Below the pieces are notes generated by a model. The model did no database searches. It had not been told where the DNA came from and saw only the letters and a list, made by a program, of their open reading frames with translations. A DNA stretch of 64,000 bases. It comes from a candidate division WOR-3 bacterium. GTDB taxonomy: Bacteria; Hydrothermota; Tepidihabitantia; Tepidihabitantales; DTDR01. The stretch lies in NCBI GenBank assembly GCA_039801885.1, contig JBDRVN010000001.1, positions 1-64,000 of the forward strand, in the 5' to 3' direction. Position numbers and translations under genes: made by a program. This document shows positions 41,388 to 51,398 of this stretch, piece after piece (the stretch's first letter is position 1; each line of letters opens with the position of its first letter).

Positions 41388-42307
41388 TGGAATTTTTATT
41401 AGCAACAATTTTTATATTATTTCAAGGAATTTTGAGTGGCACAGAAACAGCAGTGATTCGGGCTAATTGGTTAAGATTAAAATTAAAAGCAAAAGAAAAG
41501 GGAATAAGCGAAAAGAAAATAAAGTTCTTAGAAAATAAAGAAGAAAATTTAATTATTACTTTAATTGGCACCAATCTTTTTGTCATTTTTGCTGCCTCTT
41601 TTTATTCCAGTTTTTTTATTCAAAATTTGGGCAAAAATTTTGTTTTTCTTGCTATTATTTTTTCAACAACCCTTTCTTTTTTTATTGGCGAACTCTTACC
41701 TAAAATTTTAGCCAGCAATCATCCGGAAATTTGGCTATTACTCTTTTCTTCTTTTTATCGCTTTTTTTATTATCTCTTCCAAATAATTAGTCATCCTCTT
41801 TATTTTTCCTTAAAAGTTATCTTTTTATCAATAATAAAAAAAAGAAAGAGTCTTCCTCTTCTTAAAAGAGATTTATTAACCTATCTCCAGGAATTTAAAA
41901 AAAGTAAGGTTATTGCTCAGCAGGTATTAGAAGCCAAAAATATAAAAGTTAAAGAGATAATGATACCAATAGAATTAACTGTTGCCATTCCCGTTGATGC
42001 TGATATTTCTAAAATTTTAGAGGTAATAAGAAAATATCGTTATTCCCGATATCCAATATATCAAGATAGTAAAAATAATGTCATTAAAATAATAACTTTA
42101 AAAGATTTATTATTCTCTCCCCAAATAAAATATCGTTCTCCTTTATTTGTTCAGGAAACTCTCCGGATTACGGAAGTTTTCTCCGAAATGCGAAAAAAAA
42201 GAGAACATTTAGCAGTTGTTGTTGACAAAAATAACAAGACTATTGGAATAGTAACCTTAGAAGATATTATTGAAGAAATGGTGGGTGAGATAAGAAGAGA
42301 AGGTTAA
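41387..42307 (+). CDS. CNNM family protein (DUF21-CBS)
   Basis: SGTETA, GELLPK, YSRYPIY, GIVTLEDIIEE.VGEI. Confidence 0.88.
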   Translation: MEFLLATIFILFQGILSGTETAVIRANWLRLKLKAKEKGISEKKIKFLENKEENLIITLIGTNLFVIFAASFYSSFFIQNLGKNFVFLAIIFSTTLSFFIGELLPKILASNHPEIWLLLFSSFYRFFYYLFQIISHPLYFSLKVIFLSIIKKRKSLPLLKRDLLTYLQEFKKSKVIAQQVLEAKNIKVKEIMIPIELTVAIPVDADISKILEVIRKYRYSRYPIYQDSKNNVIKIITLKDLLFSPQIKYRSPLFVQETLRITEVFSEMRKKREHLAVVVDKNNKTIGIVTLEDIIEEMVGEIRREG

Positions 42308-43023
42308 TGGGTATCTTAAAAAAAACAAAAGGAATTATTCTTTTAAGAAAAAATTTTCGTTCCACAAGCAAAATTATTGATTTTTATTCCCAAGAATATG
42401 GTCGTTTACTTCTATTAGCCAAAGGAGTAAGAGAAGGAAAAAATTATTTAAACGGTTCTTTAGAACCTTTAAATTATTGTGAAGTAGTTTTTTATAAAAA
42501 AGAAAACCAAACTTTTTATTTTATTAAAGATGCTGTTCTTTTACATAACTTCCCTCTGATTATTAAAGAATATCAAAAATATTCTCAAATTTTGGAATTA
42601 AATAAATTTCTCTCTTTAATCTTGCCATTAGAAGAAAAAAATGGAGAAATTTTTAAACTCTATTTTCTTACCCTTTTTTTTATTAATTTCATTCCTTATA
42701 ATAAAATTAAAAACATTATTTTATCTTTTTATTTAAAATTCATTACTCTCATCGGTTTCCAACCTTCTTTATTAGAATGTTTAAAATGCGGAAAAAAGAT
42801 TTTTAAAAAAGAAAATATATTTTTTAATACGGAAAAAGGCGGAATATTTTGTAGTGATTGTCAAAAAGAAAATAATAATTCTTTTTTGATTGATAGAAAG
42901 ATTTTAGAAAATTTACAATACCTATCCTTTGCTTCTTACTCTCAATTATTAAATTACCAAATTTCTCCCGAAACCGAAAAAATGATAAAATTTTATCTAA
43001 ATTATCATTTATTTGTTCATTGA
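42307..43023 (+). CDS. recO: DNA repair protein RecO
   Basis: GIIL....AKGVR, GF.P.L..CxxC..GG..CxxC. Confidence 0.88.
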   Translation: MGILKKTKGIILLRKNFRSTSKIIDFYSQEYGRLLLLAKGVREGKNYLNGSLEPLNYCEVVFYKKENQTFYFIKDAVLLHNFPLIIKEYQKYSQILELNKFLSLILPLEEKNGEIFKLYFLTLFFINFIPYNKIKNIILSFYLKFITLIGFQPSLLECLKCGKKIFKKENIFFNTEKGGIFCSDCQKENNNSFLIDRKILENLQYLSFASYSQLLNYQISPETEKMIKFYLNYHLFVH

Positions 43024-43076
43024 CTTTAAAAAATTTTTCGTTATGATAATAAATCATTTTAAATAAGGAGGAAAGA

Positions 43077-44522
43077 ATGATTTTGAAATTATATAATGGC
43101 AAAGAAATACCAATTGATATGTACAAAACAAGAGTGGTACAAAAGATTCGGCTTCCGGCAATTGAAGAAAGGTTGAAAGCAATTGAAGAAGCCGGTTACA
43201 ACACTTTCCAATTAAAAACAAAAGATGTTTTTTTAGATATGTTAACGGATAGTGGTGTTAATGCCATGTCGCAAGAACAATGGGCAGGTTGGATAACTAC
43301 GGATGACGCTTATGCTGGTAGTATGACTTTCTATAAATTTGCCGAAATTGTGGAAGAGATTTTAGGATATAAATATGTAATGAATGTTCATCAAGGAAGG
43401 GCAGCTGAGCATCTTTTAGCTAAAGTCTTTATAAAACCGGGAACGATTGTTGCTACAAATTATCATTTTACAACAACGAAAGCCCATATTGAATTGGCCG
43501 GTGCTGAGTGTATTGAAATCTATACTGATGAAGCCTTGAAAACAAAAAGCACTTTTCCTTTCAAAGGGAATATGGACCCAGAGAAATTAAAAGGATTAAT
43601 CAAAAAATACGGTAGAGAAAGAATTGCTTATGTGCGAATGGAAGCTACTACTAATTTACTTGGTGGTCAACCTTTTTCAATGGAGAATTTGAGAGAAATA
43701 AGGAAGATATGTAACGAACATAAGCTATTACTTGTATTAGATGGCAGTTTAGTTGCAGAAAATGCTTATTTAATTAAGAAAAGAGAACCTGGTTACGAAA
43801 ATAAAACTGTTGCCCAAATTGTAAAAGAAATCTGCTCAATACCTGATTTATTTTATTTAAGCGGTAGAAAAAACACTTGCGTCCGCGGTGGTTTTATTGC
43901 GACTAATAATAAAGAATTATTTGAAATGATCCAACCTTGGTTACCGGTATACGAAGGATTTTTTACTTATGGTGGTATGTCAATGAGAGAAATTGGCGCA
44001 ATGGCTGAAGGTCTAAAAGAAATGGTTGAAGAAAATGTAGCTGGTTGCGCAATTGAACAAATTAAATACTTTGTTGAAAAATTAGAAGAATTAGGTATTC
44101 CCGTGGTTACTCCTTCTGGCGGGCTTGCCTGCCACTTAGATGCGGAAAAGTTTTTACCCCATATTCCAAAAAATGAATATATTGCTGGCGCACTCACTGC
44201 TGCTTTTTATATTGCTTCGGGAATAAGAGCAATGGAAAGGGGCACTATCTCTATGGATAGAGATAAAGAAGGTAGAGAAGTATATGCTGATTTAGAACTA
44301 ACAAGAATTGCTTTGCCGCGTAGAGTATTTAACCTTTCTCATATTGAATATGCAATTGACCGAATACTTTGGCTTTATAAGCATCGAGATTTAATTAAAG
44401 GTTTAAAATTTGTATATGAACCACCGGTATTGAGATTCTTCTTAGGGAAATTAGAAGCAATAGATAATTGGGGAAAAGATCTATGCGAAGCTTTCAAGAA
44501 AGATTTTGGAAAAGAATTATAA
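43077..44522 (+). CDS. PLP-dependent beta-eliminating lyase, tyrosine phenol-lyase-like (TnaA/Tpl family)
   Basis: AGYNTF, DMLTDSG, HQGRAAE, HFTTT, YEGF.TYGG, MERG, LRFF. Confidence 0.9.
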   Translation: MILKLYNGKEIPIDMYKTRVVQKIRLPAIEERLKAIEEAGYNTFQLKTKDVFLDMLTDSGVNAMSQEQWAGWITTDDAYAGSMTFYKFAEIVEEILGYKYVMNVHQGRAAEHLLAKVFIKPGTIVATNYHFTTTKAHIELAGAECIEIYTDEALKTKSTFPFKGNMDPEKLKGLIKKYGRERIAYVRMEATTNLLGGQPFSMENLREIRKICNEHKLLLVLDGSLVAENAYLIKKREPGYENKTVAQIVKEICSIPDLFYLSGRKNTCVRGGFIATNNKELFEMIQPWLPVYEGFFTYGGMSMREIGAMAEGLKEMVEENVAGCAIEQIKYFVEKLEELGIPVVTPSGGLACHLDAEKFLPHIPKNEYIAGALTAAFYIASGIRAMERGTISMDRDKEGREVYADLELTRIALPRRVFNLSHIEYAIDRILWLYKHRDLIKGLKFVYEPPVLRFFLGKLEAIDNWGKDLCEAFKKDFGKEL

Positions 44523-44532
44523 ATTAATTAAT

Positions 44533-45348
44533 TTACCAACGACTACCAAAGGAAATAAATTGCCAATTATCGTTTTCTTTTTTGAAAAACATTTCTACCC
44601 CTCTAATTCTTAAATGAGAATTTTTTTGAGATTCATAAACAATTGGAATAATATCAATATAGCCTTTAGCGAAATTATCAAATATTCGAATAGTGCCAAA
44701 ATCAATATAATATCTTAATTTTAAACGATAAGCATATCTTTCTATTTCATCTAAGTTAAGCCATTTTATCCGCATATTATGGAAAGAAATATTATGTTCT
44801 AATTCTCTTTCTTTTTTTAAAATTACTAAATAATTTTCTTTTTTAAATTTTGGAATTATTTCGCTAATTCTATTCTCATAAAAAGCTATTTCAATCATTT
44901 TTTTTAAAATCTTTTTCATCTCTTCTTTATTTTTATTGCCATAATTAAATTTATTATGATCTAATATTTTAGAAATCCAAACCAAATACCAAGTATCATT
45001 TAAATTAAGCCAATTAGTAGCAATATAATAGTAATCTTTACTTTTTTCAAAATAAATATAAGTGGAAATAATTGCTGAATAACGAGTTGGATTTATATAT
45101 CTTGTCCTTACGGCAGCAATTTTTCTATCTTTCAACCATTCTTTTAGAGCCTTTGCAAAACTATCGTAACTAATTTCTTTCCGAAAAGTAGGATTAAAAA
45201 GTTGATAAATTAATAAAAAATTAGATTTTTGCAATGCTCGATTAAATTGAGAAGATTTTTCTAAAATTTTTAAAAAATCAAATTTCTTATCATTATTTCC
45301 ACAGCTAATCAGAAAATTTATTAAAAAGGGAATTATTAAAAAATTCAT
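44533..45348 (-). CDS. Hypothetical lipoprotein
   Basis: Lipobox-like LISC; 271-aa ORF with NTF2-like W.L./W.F endings. Confidence 0.55.
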   Translation of the reverse strand: MNFLIIPFLINFLISCGNNDKKFDFLKILEKSSQFNRALQKSNFLLIYQLFNPTFRKEISYDSFAKALKEWLKDRKIAAVRTRYINPTRYSAIISTYIYFEKSKDYYYIATNWLNLNDTWYLVWISKILDHNKFNYGNKNKEEMKKILKKMIEIAFYENRISEIIPKFKKENYLVILKKERELEHNISFHNMRIKWLNLDEIERYAYRLKLRYYIDFGTIRIFDNFAKGYIDIIPIVYESQKNSHLRIRGVEMFFKKENDNWQFISFGSRW

Positions 45349-45355
45349 AGATAAA

Positions 45356-45431
45356 CGGGCCCGACCGGATTTGAACCGGCGCTCTTCGCCGTGACAGGGC
45401 GACGTGTTTATCCAGGCTACACTACGGGCCC
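45356..45431 (-). tRNA. tRNA-Asp(GTC)
   Basis: Reverse complement folds as a cloverleaf; TCGCC-CTGTCAC-GGCGA. Confidence 0.95.
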
Positions 45432-45469
45432 TTTTTATATTATAAAAATTTTATTTTTAAAGTCAATCA

Positions 45470-48283
45470 CTAATAAAGAATAATAAATTTTTTAAAATTT
45501 CTGTTAAAACCGGTTTCTAATACAACAAAATATAAACCAGAAGCCACTTCTCTTCCCTCTTTGTCTTTTCCTTCCCAATAAGCGCCGATCTCTTCTAAAA
45601 ATTCTTTCTTTTCATATCTTCCTGGTGTAGTTAATTTTTTCACATCTAACTCTCTCTCAAAAATCAATTTTCCATTCAAATTATAAATTTTTAAATTTGC
45701 CCATTTAGAAGGGTTTTTTAATCTTAAAGGAAAATAAACTTTTTTATCTTTATCTTTTTTGATAAAAGGCTGAGGATATATATCACCAATTTCATCTTCG
45801 TAGTAAGAAATAATTTTTCCCCGATAAACTTTTAATAAAGAATCAATATTAGGAATTCCATAACCTAAAGTGCAAGAAGGAACGCTTTCACTTGCTGTTT
45901 TAAATAATGCTTCTCTAACTTCTTCTATTTTCCAATCTGGATGCACTTCTAAAATTAGTGCACAAAGTCCAGCAATCAAAGCAGTAGCTGAAGAAGTTCC
46001 TATTGAATATTCAAAGGCACCATCTTCATCAGGTTTAGCCACTACTGCATTATAGGCTAAAGCCACTAAATCAGGTTTTATTCTATCATCCGCTGTGGGA
46101 CCGGCACCGCTTCCACGCCAGCAAGACGAATCGGGCATAACTCCACCAATAGTTAAAACTCCATCAGCATCGCCTGGTGCTACTAAATAAGGTTTAGGCC
46201 AAGGATATCTTAAACTATCGCTTCCCCGATTTCCCATGGCAGTCACAATTATTAATCCTCTTTGGGCAGCAATGCTTGCCGCTAAAGAAGTTATTGCTGT
46301 CTTCCCATCAAATTCATTATCTTCATACCAACCTCGGTATCCCAAAGAAGAAGAAATTATTTGGGCAGCATTTTTTTCACACCATTCAAGCCCTTTTATC
46401 CAATTATCTTCTTCAATAATATATTCATAATATTCACCAGTTTTATATTTATATTCTTCAGTTTTTGCAACTAAGAATTCGACAGCCGGAGCCACACCGA
46501 CTAAATATCTGGGAGTATAACCAGCAATTAAAGATGCCATTCGAGTTCCGTGATAAGGCTGCTCTTTAAAATCGTCATCTTCTTCGTAATCGGTATTATC
46601 ATCACCTTGAGAGTTGTAAATTAACCAAATATCATTATTAAATTCATAAAGAACTGGGTTAAAATGAAATTCGTTAGTATCGTTAAATAGAATATTTTTA
46701 CTATTAAAATCTAAAAAATAAATATTTGAGCCCATCTCATAAGTTAAATAAAATTTATCTTTTATTAAAAAATCAAAATTGCCTAAAAAGGATTTATTTT
46801 CTAAAATTATTTCTTTTTCTTTCCATTTTTCTCCAAAATCAATTGAATAAGAATAAACTAAATTAACTAATGGTGGATTCCCATATTCTTTTACTAAAAG
46901 ATAAATAGTATCCCTATTATTTTTGATTTGAAAATCAGAAACATTAATAAAAGAATTTAGACTATCTAACTGGTAATTTTCTCCGTCATTGGTTTTTAAA
47001 TAGTAAATCTTACCTTCTCTTGATAAGCAAAAGATATAATAATTTAAACTATCTTTAAAAAGAATAATAGGCTTTTTTATCTTTTGGTTAAAAGAATAAA
47101 CTGTTTTCGTCTCTTGCCAAACAATTTCTGAACCAATAATATTTGCCTTCTTAATCTTTAATATTGAATCTTTATATGTAAATGTAAGATATAATTTATT
47201 ATCTGAGTATAATAAATAAGGTTCTTTACCATTTTCTATTTTAACTGTTCCTTGAAAATTAGTATAATAAAAATAACCGAAATATATCTCCTTATTTTTT
47301 TCATAAAGGTCTGAGCCATCAAAGGCAATAAAAGTCATATTTATTTGATTATTAGTGAGGGAAAAAGTGTGAAAAACCATTGGAGTTAAATAATAAGAGA
47401 CTGATTTTATTGGTTGCCAATTATTTCTTTCGTAATAGGTATAAACGAGCGTTCTTTTTGGCATTCCTAAATATTGGGTATCGGTTATAAAAAATAACAA
47501 AAGTAATTTTTCACCATTAACATTAAAAAGGTAATCTATTTTCGGATTTTCTATCATTCGGAAATTTTTTAAATTTGGGATACTCTCTTTTTGAAAACTA
47601 TTAGATTTTTTCACAAGAAAAAAATCACAACCAGCAAGAAAATCGTGCTCTTTTATCACTTTAATACCTTCTACTGCTTTATTAACTGTAGTATCATCTG
47701 GACTTTTTCTTTTTCTTCTTAAACCGGTGTCCAACAATCCAATCCTCACACCCGAACCATAAACTCCTTTCTTATGAACTTTATCTACTCCTAACATAGC
47801 AATTTGACAATAAGAATAGCCATAAAAAGAAGTATCCTTTTTTTCTTCTTTTGTTATTTTTATAGTTTTAGGAACCTGAAAACTGATTGCTTTTAATGGA
47901 CGAATATCATAGATAAAAGGCAGATTTTTTAATAAAGGTAAAATTTCTTTTGGAATTTCGCAACTAACACCGTTTAACCAGTTTGAAACATATCTTATTT
48001 TTACTCCCAACTTTCTTAATTCTTCAATATATTTTTCGTAAACCGGCAGGTCATAAAAATCATATATTTCTCCGATATTTTTTAATCTTCTTTCAATTGT
48101 TTTAGGATTAAGTTTATAGTCAAATTTTTCTAAAATATTTTTATAATCCTTCTCGGTAGTAAAACCTTTGTCAGTAAAGAGTATCCAATATTTTTCATTA
48201 TTCTCGCTCATCAATCTTTCATAATCAATTTTCAAAGGAAAACGATAAAAATTATAAGAGAATAACAAAAAAATTATTAACAT
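45470..48283 (-). CDS. S8 subtilisin-like serine peptidase with internal insert and FlgD/T9SS-like tail
   Basis: LDTG, HGT, AMGN, KPDLVA, GTS; tail WEGKD..G..VASGLYF. Confidence 0.88.
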   Translation of the reverse strand: MLIIFLLFSYNFYRFPLKIDYERLMSENNEKYWILFTDKGFTTEKDYKNILEKFDYKLNPKTIERRLKNIGEIYDFYDLPVYEKYIEELRKLGVKIRYVSNWLNGVSCEIPKEILPLLKNLPFIYDIRPLKAISFQVPKTIKITKEEKKDTSFYGYSYCQIAMLGVDKVHKKGVYGSGVRIGLLDTGLRRKRKSPDDTTVNKAVEGIKVIKEHDFLAGCDFFLVKKSNSFQKESIPNLKNFRMIENPKIDYLFNVNGEKLLLLFFITDTQYLGMPKRTLVYTYYERNNWQPIKSVSYYLTPMVFHTFSLTNNQINMTFIAFDGSDLYEKNKEIYFGYFYYTNFQGTVKIENGKEPYLLYSDNKLYLTFTYKDSILKIKKANIIGSEIVWQETKTVYSFNQKIKKPIILFKDSLNYYIFCLSREGKIYYLKTNDGENYQLDSLNSFINVSDFQIKNNRDTIYLLVKEYGNPPLVNLVYSYSIDFGEKWKEKEIILENKSFLGNFDFLIKDKFYLTYEMGSNIYFLDFNSKNILFNDTNEFHFNPVLYEFNNDIWLIYNSQGDDNTDYEEDDDFKEQPYHGTRMASLIAGYTPRYLVGVAPAVEFLVAKTEEYKYKTGEYYEYIIEEDNWIKGLEWCEKNAAQIISSSLGYRGWYEDNEFDGKTAITSLAASIAAQRGLIIVTAMGNRGSDSLRYPWPKPYLVAPGDADGVLTIGGVMPDSSCWRGSGAGPTADDRIKPDLVALAYNAVVAKPDEDGAFEYSIGTSSATALIAGLCALILEVHPDWKIEEVREALFKTASESVPSCTLGYGIPNIDSLLKVYRGKIISYYEDEIGDIYPQPFIKKDKDKKVYFPLRLKNPSKWANLKIYNLNGKLIFERELDVKKLTTPGRYEKKEFLEEIGAYWEGKDKEGREVASGLYFVVLETGFNRNFKKFIILY

Positions 48284-48298
48284 TTTATTTCTCCTTGA

Positions 48299-48586
48299 TT
48301 AACTTAAATAACCAAATCTTTGCAAAAAAGGAAACCAACGAGTAATAAGGAAAATTCCCATAAATATAATTCCTATTACTGCACCAACAATCCCTAAAAT
48401 AAGATATAGCTTACCAATTCTTCTAATCTTTTGGCTACCAGCAGAAAGAAAGACAATTCCTAAAACAATTCCCACAATTGGACAAAAGAAAGATAAAAAA
48501 GCACCGTAAACAATTCCTAGCAAAGCAAAGAAATCAATAAAAAAATTTAATTTTTCAAAATTTAACTGGGTATTTTCGTTATTCAT
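48299..48586 (-). CDS. Small membrane protein
   Basis: AGGAGG SD; hydrophobic helices (SFFCPIVGIVLG). Confidence 0.65.
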   Translation of the reverse strand: MNNENTQLNFEKLNFFIDFFALLGIVYGAFLSFFCPIVGIVLGIVFLSAGSQKIRRIGKLYLILGIVGAVIGIIFMGIFLITRWFPFLQRFGYLS

Positions 48587-48608
48587 TTTTTCCTCCTTTA
48601 CTATTATC

Positions 48609-48681
48609 TACCCCGCGCAGGAGTCGAACCTGCAGCCCTCGGATTAAGAATCCGATGCTCTGCCAGTTGAGCTAGCGGGGC
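48609..48681 (-). tRNA. tRNA-Lys(CTT)
   Basis: TCGGA-TTCTTAA-TCCGA anticodon arm on the reverse strand. Confidence 0.95.
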
Positions 48682-48692
48682 AAAATTTAAAA

Positions 48693-48766
48693 TGCGCCCG
48701 GCGCGACTCGAACGCGCAGCCTACGGGTTCGAAGCCCGGCGCTCTCTCCAATTGAGCTACGGGCGC
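48693..48766 (-). tRNA. tRNA-Arg(TCG)
   Basis: CCGGG-CTTCGAA-CCCGT anticodon arm. Confidence 0.92.
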
Positions 48767-48771
48767 AGATA

Positions 48772-48845
48772 GGTGAGCGACGGGAGTCGAACCCGCAACC
48801 CGTGGAGCCACAGTCCACTGCTCTACCAATTGAGCTACGCTCACC
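48772..48845 (-). tRNA. tRNA-His(GTG)
   Basis: GTGGA-CTGTGGC-TCCAC; encoded G-1 and C discriminator. Confidence 0.95.
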
Positions 48846-48854
48846 ATAAATTAT

Positions 48855-48928
<74 letters not shown>

Positions 48929-48931
48929 CTA

Positions 48932-49006
48932 TCGGGGAGACTGGATTTGAACCAGCGACCCCCTCGTCCCAAGCGAGGTGCGCTTGCCAGGCTGCGCTAC
49001 TCCCCG
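48932..49006 (-). tRNA. tRNA-Pro(TGG)
   Basis: CCTCG-CTTGGGA-CGAGG. Confidence 0.95.
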
Positions 49007-49204
49007 ATATATATTATAAATATAAAGAAAATTATCTTTTAGTCAAGTTGAAAAGTAAATTAATAAAAATATTAAGATAAAGAATGGTTTTAAATTTCAA
49101 AAAGAGTAAAAAAGAGACTAAAAGAAACTTGGCAAATATATTTGACACAATAAAAGATTTAAAAGTTGCATCCGATGCAAAAAATTTTTAAGCAAAATTT
49201 TTTT

Positions 49205-49415
49205 ATAAGTCCTTGTATTTCAAATACTTATCTTAAATTTAGAAGAAAGATAGGGAACGTCTCCCCCTATGGTCTTATCTCCGTCTTATTAGGCATTTTA
49301 ATCTTCGTTCTAATAGAAAGATTAATAATAGTTTAAATAGGTGGATTATCGTTAATTCTATTAGCACTATTATTATTAATTCTAACAGGGGTATTTTTAA
49401 TAATCTATAAAGGTA
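49205..49415. repeat. Inverted repeat + hairpin + degenerate 12-bp-period array (copy C)
   Basis: ATAAGT-N15-ACTTAT; GATAGGGAACGTCTCCCCCTAT; units gtcttattaggc/attttaatcttc/gttctaatagaa/agattaataata/gtttaaataggt/ggattatcgtta/attctattagca/ctattattatta/attctaacaggg. Confidence 0.65.
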
Positions 49416-49601
49416 TATCTCTAATAAACTCCCGAAGATTATAATTATAGATGTTAATAGGAGTAGATATTCTATCTATAATTTATAAAATAGTTATTTA
49501 AAATAGACTAATATCAAAATAAATAAAGAAGATAAAAATTGAATTAAAGTAAAAATTTAGATATAATTTATAATATGCAATTTTTAATTCAAGGAGGAAA
49601 A

Positions 49602-51398
49602 ATGAAAAAAGTAAATTTTATATTATTTTTTTGTCTCTTCTTTACCTTTTCTTTTTTAAGAAGTGAAGAAATAAAAACGGAAGCCAAGGTATATTTCAAA
49701 ACTGCTGATGAACTTTTCACAAAAATGGGTGAATTATTTTCGGAATTAGATATTGCTACTGCTGGTGAAACTGATAAAGAGTGCTATATTGTAATTATTA
49801 CAAATAAAGAACAATTAGAAAAAATAAAAGAAAAAGGATTTAAAGTAGAAATAAGTTATCATAATATTAAAGATAAATTTAGAGAAATGACCGGTGTCGA
49901 TCCGGACAATCCTCAACTTCTTAGGGATTTTGGTTATTTCTTTACTTATTGGGAAATGATTGATACTATTCAAAGATTAGCAAATAATTTTCCTAATTTA
50001 GTAAGAATTTATGATATTGGCAGAAGCCACCAAAATCGTCCTTTGTGGTGTGTGAAAATTAGTGATTATCCTGATTCTAACGAAAATGAACCGGTTGTCT
50101 TTTTTAATGCTGCTACTCATGCTCGAGAACCTTTAGGAGTTTCTGTACTTATTTACTATATCACCTATCTTTTAAACAATTATGACCCGACAAATTCTGA
50201 TAATTTAATAACTTGGCTTATTAATAATCGGGAAATTTATTTTGTGCCAGTTATGAATCCTGATGGTTATGTTTATAATTCAGATTCTGGAGGTGCTTCG
50301 GCTAATTGGCGAAAAAATAGAAGGATAATTCAATCTCCTTATGTTGGTGTGGATTTAAATAGAAATTATGGTTATAAGTGGGCATACGATAACATTGGCT
50401 CTTCACCTAATCCAAGTAACGAAGCCTATCGGGGGCCGGAAAGATTTTCCGAACCCGAAACCCGAGTTATAAGAGATTTCATGCTTTCTAAAAAGATAAG
50501 GGCACAAATTGATTACCATACCTATGGTAGATATAATATGTATCCTTGGGGATATGATACTTTTACACCACCGGATGTAAGAACTTTAAGAGAAGTTGTT
50601 GATTCTTTTAGATTTTACAATACTTATTCTACTTCCCGAACTGGACAAATTGCCAAGGTTTTATATACGGCCAATGGAAGTTCAGTAGATTGGGAATATG
50701 CTGATACTTTATGGGAAGGCGAAAGAAAGTTCGTTACTTATGCTTTTACCATTGAAGTTTCTACCAATGATTTCTGGTATGGTTGGAATGACAGCGCCTT
50801 TATTAGGCAAGAATGTCAGAGAAATTTAGGAGTAAATATTTATCTCACAAAAGTTAGTGGTGCTTTTTTAGAATTAAAAAATGTAAAAATTTATGATTTT
50901 TATGGCAATCAAGATAGTATTTTAAATCCAAATGAATCTGCCTATATTTATCTCACGATTAAAAATCGAGCAATTCATCCTCTTGATTCTGCTTATAATA
51001 TTCTTATCCGACCAATTACCGAAAATCCTTATTTAATTATTATTGACACTATGTTTAATACCCAAAATATTATAAGAAATGATAGTCAAATTGGCCTCTT
51101 TAAAGTTTATGCAAACGAAGGAGTTCCCTCAGAGAGTATAGCGATAAATTTAAGCTGTAATTATTTAAATGATAATTCTTTTATAAATCAAACATTAAAA
51201 TTTAAAATCCTTGTCCAACCTTCTCAATTAGTAGAAGAGAAAAAAGCAAGAAATATTAAAAATATTATTACTCCTGACTTTTGTAAAAAATACTCCCTTT
51301 ATTTGCCCACCGGTCAGAAATATAAAGGTGGACTTAAAAAGGGAGTTTATCTCTTTTTAAAGGAAAATAAAGGATATAAAATTTTAATAATAAAATAG
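49602..51398 (+). CDS. M14 zinc carboxypeptidase (carboxypeptidase T-like), secreted
   Basis: HARE, NPDG, WRKNR, GVDLNRNY, FSEPET, DYHTYG; AGGAGG SD before ATG 49602. Confidence 0.92.
   Translation: MKKVNFILFFCLFFTFSFLRSEEIKTEAKVYFKTADELFTKMGELFSELDIATAGETDKECYIVIITNKEQLEKIKEKGFKVEISYHNIKDKFREMTGVDPDNPQLLRDFGYFFTYWEMIDTIQRLANNFPNLVRIYDIGRSHQNRPLWCVKISDYPDSNENEPVVFFNAATHAREPLGVSVLIYYITYLLNNYDPTNSDNLITWLINNREIYFVPVMNPDGYVYNSDSGGASANWRKNRRIIQSPYVGVDLNRNYGYKWAYDNIGSSPNPSNEAYRGPERFSEPETRVIRDFMLSKKIRAQIDYHTYGRYNMYPWGYDTFTPPDVRTLREVVDSFRFYNTYSTSRTGQIAKVLYTANGSSVDWEYADTLWEGERKFVTYAFTIEVSTNDFWYGWNDSAFIRQECQRNLGVNIYLTKVSGAFLELKNVKIYDFYGNQDSILNPNESAYIYLTIKNRAIHPLDSAYNILIRPITENPYLIIIDTMFNTQNIIRNDSQIGLFKVYANEGVPSESIAINLSCNYLNDNSFINQTLKFKILVQPSQLVEEKKARNIKNIITPDFCKKYSLYLPTGQKYKGGLKKGVYLFLKENKGYKILIIK

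Noticed and set aside
38810-43023. phoH-ybeY-CNNM-recO as a novel system
   Set aside because: This is a widely conserved housekeeping neighbourhood.
46610-47625. S8 insert as an intein (starts near a Cys, ends near YN|S)
   Set aside because: No recognisable block A/B (TxxH), penultimate His or LAGLIDADG; Asp-box and blade patterns fit a propeller better. An intein HMM search would settle it.
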